From Paraspadella gotoi (lineage: Eukaryota; Animalia; Chaetognatha), in the NCBI GenBank assembly GCA_051294375.1, contig CM119267.1, positions 15,292,105 through 15,356,104 on the forward strand: a stretch of 64,000 nt of DNA, in the 5' to 3' direction. Both the position numbers and the translations under genes were made by a program. The notes beneath the pieces are model-generated. The model saw nothing but the letters and a program-made list of their open reading frames with translations, was not told where the DNA came from and ran no database searches. Positions within the stretch are counted from its first letter, which is position 1, and each line of letters opens with the position of its first letter. Positions 51,755 to 64,000 of the stretch are shown here, piece by piece.

Positions 51755-52536
51755 TTTCTAGCCTTACCCCTTTCTAGGCGTTACACCCTCGCGAACCATT
51801 TGTCTCGCTCTCGTTTTTCTCCAACCCTCTTGGCAGCCATCGACACTCTTTCTTTCCTCCTTCTTTCTCTCTCCTCTCTTCTCTCTTCTGCTCTTCTCTC
51901 TCTCTCTCTCTTCTCTTTCTCTCTCTTCTCTCTTCTCTGCTCTCTCTCTCATCTCCTTGTCTTTCATCTTTTTTTCTTCTCCCAATTGGAGTCTCCGATG
52001 CGCCTAACTCGCGCTTTACCCTATGAGTCCTTTTCTTTTTTTTCTTCCCAACTCCCACTGTCTCCTTTCTTCAACTTGCTCAGCTTCCCCCTCTATATCC
52101 TCTGTCCCCTTTTTAACCCCTTCGGCCCCCCGCTATTTTTCCGGTCCTCCAAAACCGAGGATCGGATTCCCAGGCTCAAATTTCTCGGCTCTTTCAGATT
52201 CCGCAACCTCCTTCGAACCGCCCTCTCTCCGGCTTTCCCCGGTCGAGGGCGACAATCCAAATCATGTTTGTGCGACGCTTGCGGACGCCCGAGCGATGAC
52301 GGTCAGCTTCCGTCGGCCCCGGCCCGATCCGACGCCTGCCCGCAGCCCTCGAGCTCTTTCGTCTGCGCACCCGTCAAGCGCCCGCCCCGGGCGCAGTACC
52401 TGGGCGCCCGGGCTTGGGAACGGCAAAAGTATCCCCACCCCCGAATCCACGTCAGGCGCCGCGAACCCGCCTCTTTAGTCTCTCTGCTTCTCTCTCTCTC
52501 TCTCCTCGTCCTCTCTTCTCTTCTCGTCTCTCCTCT

Positions 52537-52572
<36 letters not shown>

Positions 52573-53461
52573 ATCAAAGTTTGGACCCTCGAAAGCTGAG
52601 GGTGGCTGGATAGGACAGAGGGATCAGGGGAAAACAGGAGAAGAAGAATATAGTCTGAGCGGAGAAAGAATTGGAAATGATCGAATCGGACTTGCAAAAG
52701 AGTTTGCAGGGTCGAGATCCATGCGAAGCCGAATCCGGTAGGGCGGGCGGAAAAAGAGTCGAGAGGCTTTGAGGAGGGAAAAGAAGGGGGTTCTGAAGAG
52801 CAAAAAGTGGAGTTGACGAGTCGGGTCGCGGGTGTCTCCAGAGTTATAGGAGCGGACGTCAAATCTTGTAATTATTTAAAATGTTCAGAAAAATTTATGC
52901 TCGCAATGGGAATGGCGCGAAATGGGAGGGAGGGAGAGAAGAGAAGAGATGAGAGCAGGAGAGAGAGGAGAGACAGAGCGATGAAGAGAGATAGGACGAG
53001 AGAGAGGTAGGAACAAGAACCATGAGGAAGAGAGAGAGACGAGAAAGACCCCGTGAATTCCGTTGCTCTGCGATCGGCAGAATTTGTGCATAGTGTTTAG
53101 AACGTGTTACGAAGTGTTATTGAATAGCTATTAATTAAAAGGAACCTCAAGTAAAAAATACTATATACTATAACAAATGTAAAAAAAGTGTTGAATAATA
53201 AATTAAATCATTTAAATATCCAGACTTGTACAAACTATTTGAAAGAATTGAAGTTTAATTTAGAAATCCTTTGAGACTTTGGCAGATCGACGTTGACGAG
53301 AATAGTTTGTTTTCCCTCTGTTGTTTGATTTGTCTTGTTGTTTTGTTTCCCTCTGTTGGTCGTCTTGTCTGGGCTCCACCTCATCTAAGTGATGTGAGGG
53401 AGTGGTTGCTGGCTCCTACGATGTGCATCCATCTACTTTTGCAGTCGGTGATACAACTGAA

Positions 53462-53494
<33 letters not shown>

Positions 53495-53495
53495 T

Positions 53496-53543
<48 letters not shown>

Positions 53544-53782
53544 ACTCTCTCTCTCTCTCTCTCTTTCCATCTACAATCTGGCAGGAGGCGTTTGCTAGTT
53601 TCCGCGGTTTTGACGGGCGTGGTTCCGATCATTTTTGTTTCAAACAAAAGCCATACGAACAGAAAAATATTGTTGCGGAATATGCTAAGTGTATGATAGA
53701 ATATAGAAATTATAGATTGCATAATGATAATTACGATTGCACCCACTTATCCGAAAAACGAAGAAGAGAGAGCAGAGAGAGA

Positions 53783-53839
<57 letters not shown>

Positions 53840-54183
53840 TGCTAAGGGTAACACCTTCGTTTGACTAGCTCGACCGGTAAGGAAGCGAGTACGACAACCG
53901 CTTTGAGGGTGAGAGGAAAGTTGATCGTCACACATTTTTAGCCGATCATAGTTGGGTCTTTTCCTAGCGCTGCATATATTACTTTTCAGTTAGCAACCTT
54001 AAAGGGACGAATCAAGTAGCGAGTATAGTTTAGTTTTTTTGCGACTAAGTATTGTTTAATAAAATTGATCAGTTATTGCTGCGAAATGAATATTTTGAGT
54101 TTCGCCGACCGTGAATGATTTTTAAAACTATAGTGGCCACATTCTACGATAATTTCGTTCTCACAATCTCCTTTACATAGAGC

Positions 54184-54260
54184 GGCGCCATGGTTAGTTG
54201 GTTAAGCGCCTGTCTTGGTAAAACAGGAGATCCCGGTTCGAATCGTCGGTAGCGCGCGCT
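54184..54260 (+). pseudogene. tRNA-Thr(TGT) copy with several 1-nt indels (pseudogene or sequencing errors)
   Basis: GGCGCCATGGTTAGTTGGTTAAGCGCCTGTCTTGGTAAAACAGGAGATCCCGGTTCGAATCGTCGGTAGCGCGCGCT. Same context as 57508-57581, but the D, anticodon and T arms are disrupted. Confidence 0.7.
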
Positions 54261-55989
54261 TAATCGTGTCGACACGTAAGTTTCATTCACTATGACGTAT
54301 AATACTGTTTGTTCTGCCCTTTTTTTAATCGAATCGTAAAAATCGCCAATTTAAATTTCTGAGAAATCCGCGGGGTCGGCGATTTATCACCGCGGGGAGG
54401 GGCGTTGCCCGTAAGCGAGTGAGACTCGGCATTTGTTGATGAGAAATTGAGAATTATCCGTCAGAGAAGCGCGTCGATAACTTCGTCGGTGAAAAGCGGA
54501 CTTGAAAAGTGAGAACAAATGCTGACATCGAGAAAAGGAAGGGATTATTTTAATTAAACTTGGGATTGATTTTTTTATAAATTATCATAAATAGAAAATT
54601 TTGAAGTCAAAAATCTATGTAAATAGAATTTTGATATATTTTAAGACCCACTGTTTAAGTTTATCCATCCTTAAATTTAGATTTTGACCTGACCAATTAA
54701 ATATTATGACGTGAAGCGTTTACGTTTTTGTCCCATTTATTTTTGTTTCTTTCGGATCTAGAAATACTTTTTATTATTTCAGACCCCCTTTCTGTTTTAA
54801 ATCTCTCATAGTTTGTTCTTTTTCTTTTTAAATAGACACAATTTTTTTTCAGATATAATATAGTTAATAGTTAGTTATTAAAGATTTCTTGATACCTTTA
54901 TACGTACAGTTTATCAAATGTAAAAATTAATTTTTGCGAGCATATAAGTTTAAATTGTTTCTACAATTTTTTTTTTTTTTTTTTCTTATATCCGAGGGCA
55001 GTTTCTCTTCTGTTCACTGATGACCCAAGGAGATTTCACCCGCGCCATTGTTTCCAGATGTCCACGATGTTCATGATTCATTTTCTCTCCCTTAATTCAC
55101 CCCGCCCCCCCTCTCTGGATCAATTTCTTTTTTAAAAGAATTAAAGAATTAGCTATATTAGTTTATGACGCGCCACCAATTATCGCATTATCTTAAATAG
55201 ACCCAATCAGCTTGTCGATCTTCATCAACCTTTATTTTTTTTAAATATTATCCGTTTAACCAAATCCATCAAAACTGTGATCATAACTGCATCTTTCCCT
55301 TTTATATCAATCTACTTCAAACAGTCCGGCGAGTTTTCTCTCTCTCTCTCTCTCTCTTTCCTCTCTCTTCTCTCTCTCTCGTCTCTCTCCTGCNNNNNNN
55401 NNNNNNNNNNNNNNNNNNCTTTTCTTCTTCTCCCAATTGAGTCTCGATCGCCTTACTCGCCTTACCCTATGAGTCCTTTCTTTTTTTTCTTCCCAATCCC
55501 ACTTCTCCTTTCTTCAACTTCCAGCTTCCCCCTCTATCCTCTGTCCCCTTTTTAACCCCTTCGGCCCCCCCTATTTTTCCGGTTCCTCCAAAAACCGAGG
55601 ATCGGATTCCCGGCTTCAAATTTCTCGGCTTCTTTCAGATCCGCGACCTCCTTCGAACCGCCCTCTCTCCGGCTTCCCCGGTCGCGGGCGACAATCAATC
55701 ATTTTGTCGACGCTTTCGACGCCCGACGATGACGTCAGCTCCGTCGGCCGCCGCCCGATCCGACGCCTGCCCGACAGCCCGTCTCGAGCTCTCGTAGCGC
55801 ACCCGNNNNNNNNNNNNNNNNNNNNNNNNNNNNNNNNNNNNNNNNNNNNNNNNNNNNNNNNNNNNNNNNNNNNNNNNNNNNNNNNNNNNNNNNNNNNNNN
55901 NNNNNNNNNNNNNNNNNNNNNNNNNNNNNNNNNNNNNNNNNNNNNNNNNNNNNNNNNNNNNNNNNNNNNNNNNNNNNNNNNNNNNNNNN

Positions 55990-56024
<35 letters not shown>

Positions 56025-56878
56025 GTTTGGACCCTCGAAGCTGAGGGTGGGCTGGATAGACAGAGGGATCAGGGAAAACAGAGAAGAAGAATATAGTCTG
56101 AGCGAGAAAGAATTGAAATGATCGAATCGACTTGCAAAAGAGTTGCAGGGTCGAGATCCATGGAGCCAATCCGGGGTAGGGAGGGCGGGAAAAGAGTCGA
56201 GGAGGTTGAGGAGGGAAAAAGAAGGGGGTTCTGAAGGAGCAAAAAGTCTGGAGTTGACGAGTCGGGTCGCGGGGTCTCCAGAGTTATAGGAGCGGACGTC
56301 AAATCTTTAATTATTAAAAATGTTTCAGAAAATTTATGCTCGCTATGGGAATGGGAAAGGGAGGGAGGGAGAGAGAGACAAAGAGAGAGAGAGAGAGAGA
56401 AAACGCTGAATTCCGTTCTTGCGATCGAGAATTTTGTGCATGTGTTAGAACGTAGTACGAATGTTTTGAAAGCTAATTAAAAGGAACCTCAAAGTAACAC
56501 TACTATATAAGTATATATATACATGTCAAAAAGTTTGAATAATAAATTAAATCATTTAAATATCCCAACTTGGTACAGCAGTTGCAAAAATGGAAATTTA
56601 ATTCAGAAATCCTTTGTCTTTGAAGATCCGACGTTTGACNNNNNNNNNNCTTGGTACAATAGTTGCAAAAATTGAAATTTAATTTAGAAATCCTTTGACT
56701 TTGGAGATCCGACGTTTGACCGAGAATAGTTTGTTTCCCTCTGTTGTTTGTTTGTTTGTTTGTTTGTTTCCCTCTGTTGTCGTCCTTGTCTGGCTCCACC
56801 TCATCTAAGTGAGTGAGGGGGAGTGAGTGTGACTCCTACGATGGCTCCATCTACTTTTGAGTCGGTGATACAACTGAA

Positions 56879-56920
<42 letters not shown>

Positions 56921-57507
56921 NNNNNNNNNNNNNNNNNNNNNNNNNNNNNNNNNNNNNNNNNNNNNNNNNNNNNNNNNNNNNNNNNNNNNNNNNNNNNNNN
57001 NNNNNNNNNNNNNNNNNNNNNNNNNNNNNNNNNNNNNNNNNNNNNNNNNNNNNNNNNNNNNNNNNNNNNNNNNNNNNNNNNNNNNNNNNNNNNNNNNNNN
57101 NNNNNNNNNNNNNNNNNNNNNNNNNNNNNNNNNNNNNNNNNNNNNNNNNNNNNNNNNNNNNNNNNNNNNNNNNNNNAGAGAGAGAGAGAGAGCTGCGAAG
57201 GGTAACACCTCGTTTGCTGCTCGACGGTAAGAACGAACGACAACCGCTTTGAGGTGAGAAAGTTGATCGTCACACATTTTAGCCGAGCATAGTTGGGTCT
57301 TTCCTACGCTGCATATATACTTTTCAAGTTAGCAACCTTAAGAGGGACAATCAAGTAGCGAGTATAGTTTAGTTTTGCGACTAAGTATTGTTAATAAATT
57401 GATCAGTATTGCTCGAATTTTGAATATTTGAGTCGCCGCGAATGATTTTTAAAATATAGTGGCCACATTCTACATAATTTCGTTCTCACAATCTCTATAC
57501 ATAGAGC

Positions 57508-57581
57508 GGCGCCATGGCTTAGTTGGTTAAAGCGCCTGTCTTGTAAACAGGAGATCCCGAGTTCGAATCTCGGTAGCGCCT
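57508..57581 (+). tRNA. trnT: tRNA-Thr(TGT)
   Basis: 74 nt cloverleaf: acceptor GGCGCCA/TAGCGCC (one C:A mismatch), A box TGGCTTAGTTGG, anticodon arm CCTGT-CT-TGT-AA-ACAGG, T arm CCGAG-TTCGAAT-CTCGG, and a T5 run ~22 nt downstream. Confidence 0.92.
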
Positions 57582-58669
57582 TAATCGTTCGACACGTAAT
57601 TGTTTTTCATCACTATGACGTAATACTGTTTGTTCTCCACTTTTTTTAATCGAATCGTAAAAATCGCAATTTAATTTCTAGAAATCCGCGGGTGGTCGGC
57701 GATTTCATCACCGCGGGGAGGCGTTGCCCGTAAGCGAGTGAGACTCGGCATTTGTGATGAGAAATTGAGAATATCCGTCAGAGAGCGCGTCGATAACTTC
57801 GTCGGTGAAAAGCGACTTGAAAAGTGAGACAAATGTGACATCGAGAAGGAAGGGATTATTTAATTAAACTTGGGATTGATTTTTTTATAAATTTATCATA
57901 AATATAAAATTTGAAGTCAAATCTATGTAAAAGAATTGATATTTTAAGACATGTTTAAGTTTATCCATCCTTAAATTTAATTTTGACCTTGACCAATAAA
58001 TATTATGACGTGAGCGTTACGTTTGTTGTCCCATTTATTTTTGTTTCTTTCGATCTAGAAATACTTTTTATTATTTCAAGACCCCTTTCTGTTTAAACTC
58101 TCTCATAGTTTGTTCTTTTTTTTTTAAATAGACACAATTTTTTTTCAGATATAATATTAGTTTAATATTAGTTATTAAAATTTCTGATACCTTTATACGT
58201 ACATTTATCAAATGTAAGAATTAATTTTGGGAGCATTAATTGTAAATTGTTTCTACAATTTTTTTTTCTTTTTTTTTTCTTTATATCGAGGGCAGTTTCT
58301 CTCTTTCATCATGACCCAAGGAGGATTTCACCCCGCGCCATTGTTTCCAGATGTCCACATTTCATGATTCATTTTCTCTCCCTTAATTCACCCCGCCCCC
58401 CTCTCTGGATCAAATTTTCTTTTTTTAAAAGAATTAAAAATTAGTATATTATTTACCGCACCAATTATATTACTTAATAGACCCAATCAGCTGTCGATCT
58501 TCATCAACCTTTATTTTTAAATATTATCCGTTTAACCAAATCCATCAAACTGTATCAAACTGCATTTTCCCTTTTATATCAGATCTACTTTCAAACAGTC
58601 CGCGAGTTTCTCTCTCTCTCTCTCTCTCTCTCTCCTCTCCTCTCTCATCCCGTCTCTCCTCTCTCTCTG

Positions 58670-58700
<31 letters not shown>

Positions 58701-59251
58701 TCTCTCTCTCTCCGATTGTTGCGAACTGTCAAGATTTAATAAATAACACCAAATGACATCGTTCTCGCTTATGGCGATCGAGAAGAAGCGAGGAAAAAAA
58801 AATTCCGATGAAAACTCTGACGAGGAGAGAGAGAGACGAGAAGAGAGAGAGAGAGGTGTGCAGAGAGCATAGAGAGAGAGAGAAGAGAGAGAGGAGAGAG
58901 AAGAGAGAGACACGACCAGTAATGTTATCGTTGGACAGGATATATAATTTCGATTTTTTTTCTCTCCTTTGCCATTGTTTGCCGCTCTTCTCTGTCTCAT
59001 ATTTGTCACTCTTTTCAGCCACACGGCCACACCTCTTCCAAACATTTGTCAGTCTTTCCTGCCACACCTCTAGATCTGATTTTATCACTCCCAGGATTCC
59101 CTTCGCTTGATGAGATCTCGTGAAGTTCCCAAAATCCAATCTTCATTTTTCTATCCCCCCCTTCCGTCTCCCACCCCCGGTTACACCCCATTTTCTCTCT
59201 CTATCTCTCTCTCTCTCTCTCACTCTCTCTCTCTCACTCTCTCTCTCTCAC

Positions 59252-59386
59252 TTGATGAGGTTTTGTTGATTTTTGTTGAGTTCCTTCTCCTCTTCTATCC
59301 GCTTCTTCTGATCCAAAAGTTGTTCTTGGAGTTGCTTGATTATTTTCGAATGTTCTTCGTTTCGACTTCGTTCCACCTCGACCTCC
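59252..59386 (-). CDS. coiled-coil exon, most likely the most upstream visible exon of the FReD / angiopoietin-like gene
   Basis: CCCCACTTTTCCAG| EVEVERSRNEEHSKIIKQLQEQLLDQKKRIEEEKELNKNQQNLI(K) AA|GTGAGA. 135 nt, phases 2/2, heptad-like, and in frame with the 28605 exon. Confidence 0.7.
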
Positions 59387-59446
59387 CTGGAAAAGTGGGG
59401 GAGAGTGGGGGAGGTAGGAGGTGGAGGAGGAGGAGGAGGGGTGAGG

Positions 59447-59509
<63 letters not shown>

Positions 59510-61223
59510 AAGAATGAATGAATGAAAGAAAAATAGAGAATGAAAAAAAAAGAAAGACATAAACAAACCAACAAAGAAGCAAATGAAGANNNNNNNNNNA
59601 AAAAAAACAAAAGATGAAGAAACAAAAGAGAAAAAAACAAGAATTGGACGGGGATGAAGAGAAAGGGGAAGACAATTGGTTAATTGAAAACGTCGTGGTT
59701 TTCTCTCTCTCTCTCGTTAGATCGCCTGTAAAAAACTATTTCACACCAATTTGGAGAAAGAAACGAGTCTTGCGTTCGATTTAAAAAAAGGAGCAGTTAC
59801 GACGTTCAGGTATAAAGTGCAGCATAAAGCTGGTATAGTGTATAGTTTTTCAAAATTTAAATACGATACAATGAAATAAAATAGGAAAAATGAAAGGAGA
59901 TTCCGGATGAGACGAATGGCGGTCAACTCAAAAAAGGTGCCAAACGTATTTCAAGCGAAGACGGCGGTGAAAAACGCAATGGAAGAAAGGGGAGAGAGGA
60001 GATGAGAGAGAGAGAGAGAGAGAGGAGAGGGGGAGAGAGAGAGAGAGATAGAGTTGGTTTCTGCGGTTTCGCATCGTTGACCTTCTCAACGATCTCATCA
60101 AAGCGACGACGGACGACAACAACAACAACAACAACAACAACAACCAGATCACGAATTCGAAGACGTGCGATACTTTTCCCATCGTCTTCCTATGGAACGG
60201 GCACGCCCCCTTATGCTCAGGTTATCGCCTCCTCCCCCATAAAGATTAGTATATCTGACCCCGCTTAGCGCCATCATTCCTTTCGTCTCGACCTGATCTC
60301 TCCTCATCCTCTTTCTCTTTTCGCAGGTTCCTCAGTGTCGTGTATATTCTCCTTGGACTCAATTCGTTCCTAAGAAATGAAAAATCTTCCTCGCTCGATT
60401 CTCCTCTGCCGCTCTACTTCTTCAANNNNNNNNNNNNNNNNNNNNNNNNNNNNNNNNNNNNNNNNNNNNNNNNNNNNNNNNNNNNNNNNNNNNNNNNNNN
60501 NNNNNNNNNNNNNNNNNNNNNNNNNNNNNNNNNNNNNNNNNNNNNNNNNNNNNNNNNNNNNNNNNNNNNNNNNNNNNNNNNNNNNNNNNNNNNNNNNNNN
60601 NNNNNNNNNNNNNNNNNNNNNNNNNNNNNNNNNNNNNNNNNNNNNNNNNNNNNNNNNNNNNNNNNNNNNNNNNNNNNNNNNNNNNNNNNNNNNNNNNNNN
60701 NNNNNNNNNNNNNNNNNNNNNNNNNNNNCGTGTTTCTGAAGAAGACGTGGAATACAAAAGTGAACCATATTGGAACCCACTTACAAGTTTTAAAAGCAGA
60801 AAAAAGTTTAATACGTTTCGTCATACAAAATTTATGTCATAACCTTAACTTTAACCCCCCCCCCCAAAAAAAAAAAAGATTTAAAAAATGCACACTATTT
60901 TTTTATTTCGACCCACAAACAGACCTTGAAACCGACTCGAACACCGACCCCAATAAACCCGGGAATTTAACCGAATTCGACCTCCAAATTTTCTCGTCTT
61001 CGCAAAATGCCATTTTTCCTTCTTCTTTTTTTTGTTGTTGCTGTTTTGAGCAAAAAAAATTGAAATTTATGTATCACTGAATCTTCAACATTGAAAGAAA
61101 TAAAAAAAACTTTTATTGCCTTCATTTAAAAAAAAAATCAACGGTAAAAAAAATGAAACGCAAGATTTGTAGTCGGGCATTGCCTTGGTTCACCCCGCCT
61201 ATAAGCATGACTCTTTCTGTTGT

Positions 61224-61345
61224 GACCCGGTGGCTCATTGAGTAAAGCCATCAGCTCATGACCACAAGGTACCGGGTTCAATCCCAACCCGGTACCTAGC
61301 CTGCGGGATGAGTGAGGACTTGACCTAATGTGTTTGTTTTTTTGT
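61224..61345 (+). mobile_element. tRNA-derived SINE head or tRNA pseudogene
   Basis: A-box-like TGGCTCATTGAG and B box GGTTCAATCCC are at tRNA spacing, with a CTCATGA loop. The anticodon stem does not pair. A GT/T-rich tail follows. Confidence 0.5.
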
Positions 61346-61929
61346 GGATATTTGTCTTTTTCTGCCAATCGTTCTATTTCAAACCTGCTAAAAATATAAA
61401 TATCGAAAACTAATTAGAATAAAATTTCTGGAATAGTTACAACTAACAAACATTTATTTAAAAAATAAACTAAGCATTGAAAGCGTTAAAACAGCCGTGA
61501 CTCTCTTTTGTTTTTCTCCCTTTTTTATTATTCTTTAAAAAATTTCGCTAAAAAAAAAAAAAAGAGAAGGAAACTGAAAGGACGTTTATGGCTAAATTAA
61601 AACTAACGACTAGGGTCGGGAATCAAGTCGACAACCGGGTCTCCACGACCCAGAGACTTGGATCTCATCTCCGACGCCTCCCCTCTCCCCCTATCCCCAA
61701 CTTTCTACTTTTTTTAATAACCTTTCACTGCTCCTCTGCCGGTCATATTAATAACGACATTTTTCCACTCTTAATAACGACCCTTTTCCACTCTTTCCGG
61801 CAAAGACCACATATTCGTTTCCACTCCTAAAAATTTTTTTATCGTTATCGCGATTGTTCTTATCCCATACTTCCACCCCATATCTCTCTACGTATCTCTC
61901 TCTCTCTCTCTCCCACAACTTTTATCTTT

Positions 61930-61985
<56 letters not shown>

Positions 61986-62220
61986 CGACGGGCGGAGGAA
62001 CATTTTCCCGGGTTATTAGTTCTCGCGATTTATCGCATTGTTTCCGCAATTGGCGCCGACAGAAATTCAGATGGGGGAGAGGAGAGCGAGACCCCCGGAG
62101 GGAGGGTGGGGGGCGAAAGGGGGGAGGAGGAGGAAGACAAGTTTTTCACGTTCTGGTGAAAGAGAAAGTGACGATTCCGGCCATTCTCGATCATTCGTCT
62201 CTAACGGAGAGTATGAAATG

Positions 62221-62317
<97 letters not shown>
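62221..62317. repeat. (TAGA)n microsatellite
   Basis: Pure tetranucleotide array of about 24 units. Confidence 0.95.
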
Positions 62318-62319
<2 letters not shown>

Positions 62320-64000
62320 AAAGAAAGAAAGAAAGAAAGAAAGAGGCGAGAAAAAAGATCGACATATGGCAAGAAAGAAAGAAATAAAGAAACTAAAGAA
62401 ACGATTAGACAGTTAAAACGAAAAAAAAAAGAAAATAAATAAAAAAATAAATAAATAAATAAATTTTAAAAAAATAAATAAATAAAAAAAATAAAAAAAA
62501 AAAAACAAAAAAAAACAATTAAATAAATAAATAAATGAATGAATGAATGAATGAAGGGTGAGGGCCCTTGGGCTTCTTTTCAGGGCGGTGCCACGAATGG
62601 CCCGATTTCCAGACTGANNNNNNNNNNNNNNNNNNNNNNNNNNNNNNNNNNNNNNNNNNNNNNNNNNNNNNNNNNNNNNNNNNNNNNNNNNNNNNNNNNN
62701 NNNNNNNNNNNNNNNNNNNNNNNNNNNNNNNNNNNNNNNNNNNNNNNNNNNNNNNNNNNNNNNNNNNNNNNNNNNNNNNNNNNNNNNNNNNNNNNNNNNN
62801 NNNNNNNNNNNNNNNNNNNNNNNNNNNNNNNNNNNNNNNNNNNNNNNNNNNNNNNNNNNNNNNNNNNNNNNNNNNNNNNNNNNNNNNNNNNNNNNNNNNN
62901 NNNNNNNNNNNNNNNNNNNNNNNNNNNNNNNNNNNNNNNNNNNNNNNNNNNNNNNNNNNNNNNNNNNNNNNNNNNNNNNNNNNNNNNNNNNNNNNNNNNN
63001 NNNNNNNNNNNNNNNNNNNNNNNNNNNNNNNNNNNNNNNNNNNNNNNNNNNNNNNNNNNNNNNNNNNNNNNNNNNNNNNNNNNNNNNNNNNNNNNNNNNN
63101 NNNNNNNNNNNNNNNNNNNNNNNNNNNNNNNNNNNNNNNNNNNNNNNNNNNNNNNNNNNNNNNNNNNNNNNNNNNNNNNNNNNNNNNNNNNNNNNNNNNN
63201 NNNNNNNNNNNNNNNNNNNNNNNNNNNNNNNNNNNNNNNNNNNNNNNNNNNNNNNNNNNNNNNNNNNNNNNNNNNNNNNNNNNNNNNNNNNNNNNNNNNN
63301 NNNNNNNNNNNNNNNNNNNNNNNNNNNNNNNNNNNNNNNNNNNNNNNNNNNNNNNNNNNNNNNNNNNNNNNNNNNNNNNNNNNNNNNNNNNNNNNNNNNN
63401 NNNNNNNNNNNNNNNNNNNNNNNNNNNNNNNNNNNNNNNNNNNNNNNNNNNNNNAACTCTCCAGATTCAGAGCGAGTGAGTTAGCGAGTGATGGATAGGT
63501 AAGTTTGGGAGTGAGATACAAAGTGACATAAAGAGAGAGGGACTCAGTCATCAGGTAATCAGTCAGTCAGTCAAGTTGTTGATAGAAGAGTATAGAGAGA
63601 TGGAGAGATGAGTAGAGATTGAGAGAGAGAGAGAGAGAGAGAGGCATTTATTCGTTTTCACTCTCGTTATTCTAATCGTGATATTTTTCTTTTGGCTTTT
63701 CATATTAGAATTTTTATTTGTTTTTTTTTTTATTTCGTTGGGTCGACTCGCGTCACATCCGATGGGAATTGCTCCTTTTACGACATCGACTCTATAATGC
63801 CAATTATTTTTAAACTCGTTCAATTCGATGTTATTAACGTCTTTTTTATGAATTGGGTTAGCCATCATAAACCATCACAGCGCCGTCACATTTTTATCTT
63901 AAAAATATCACTCCCATCTGTTCATGTTCATTGCCGTCATCCATAAATGTCATCAACCCACCGCGAATGATCGAAGCATCAAGCAATCACCAAGCCATCG

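Larger units (their letters stand above)
51965..58610. repeat. ~3.3-3.45 kb tandem duplication (~51965-55340 and ~55420-58610), each copy carrying a tRNA-Thr
   Basis: Collinear throughout (TTCTTCTCCCAATTG..., CAAAGTTTGGACCCTCGAA..., tRNA, ...CTTCAAACAGTCC). Differences are mostly 1-nt indels, and N gaps lie at the junction and inside copy 2. Confidence 0.9.

Noticed and set aside
51686-52741. Longest gap-free ORF (351 aa)
   Set aside because: It is built from (CT)n tracts and GC-rich sequence with no domain, and the frame is broken by indels in the duplicate copy at 55420-56200.
62551-63551. ORFs of >300 aa near the window end (and similar ones at 14399-14893, 55616-57277, 60340-61080)
   Set aside because: They run through N gaps.

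Overview
Draft-quality animal (invertebrate-type) genomic DNA. It is AT-rich, full of (AG)n, (GAC)n, (GAAG)n and (GAAC)n microsatellites, and has many N gaps and indel-rich patches. Most entries in the ORF track are microsatellite artefacts. The main content is one long minus-strand gene for a coiled-coil plus fibrinogen C-terminal domain (FReD, angiopoietin-like architecture) protein. Nine exons can be traced from 59386 down to the stop at 5358. One exon is partly hidden in an N gap, one intron appears to be GC-AG, and the 5' end is not found. A probable last coding exon of a convergent plus-strand membrane-protein gene lies at 1635-2010. The introns hold a tRNA-Thr(TGT) inside a ~3.4 kb tandem duplication (possibly an assembly artefact) and a 3.5 kb foldback element with ~1 kb arms and a TSD. 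They also hold two HINE-like elements, tRNA-like SINE heads, a degenerate hammerhead ribozyme core between perfect inverted repeats, and two dispersed copies of a ~240 bp multi-hairpin repeat with compensatory base changes. A TAAGG-ended MITE and a Kolobok-like TTAA element lie outside the FReD gene. All alignments and translations were done by eye, and no database search was run.
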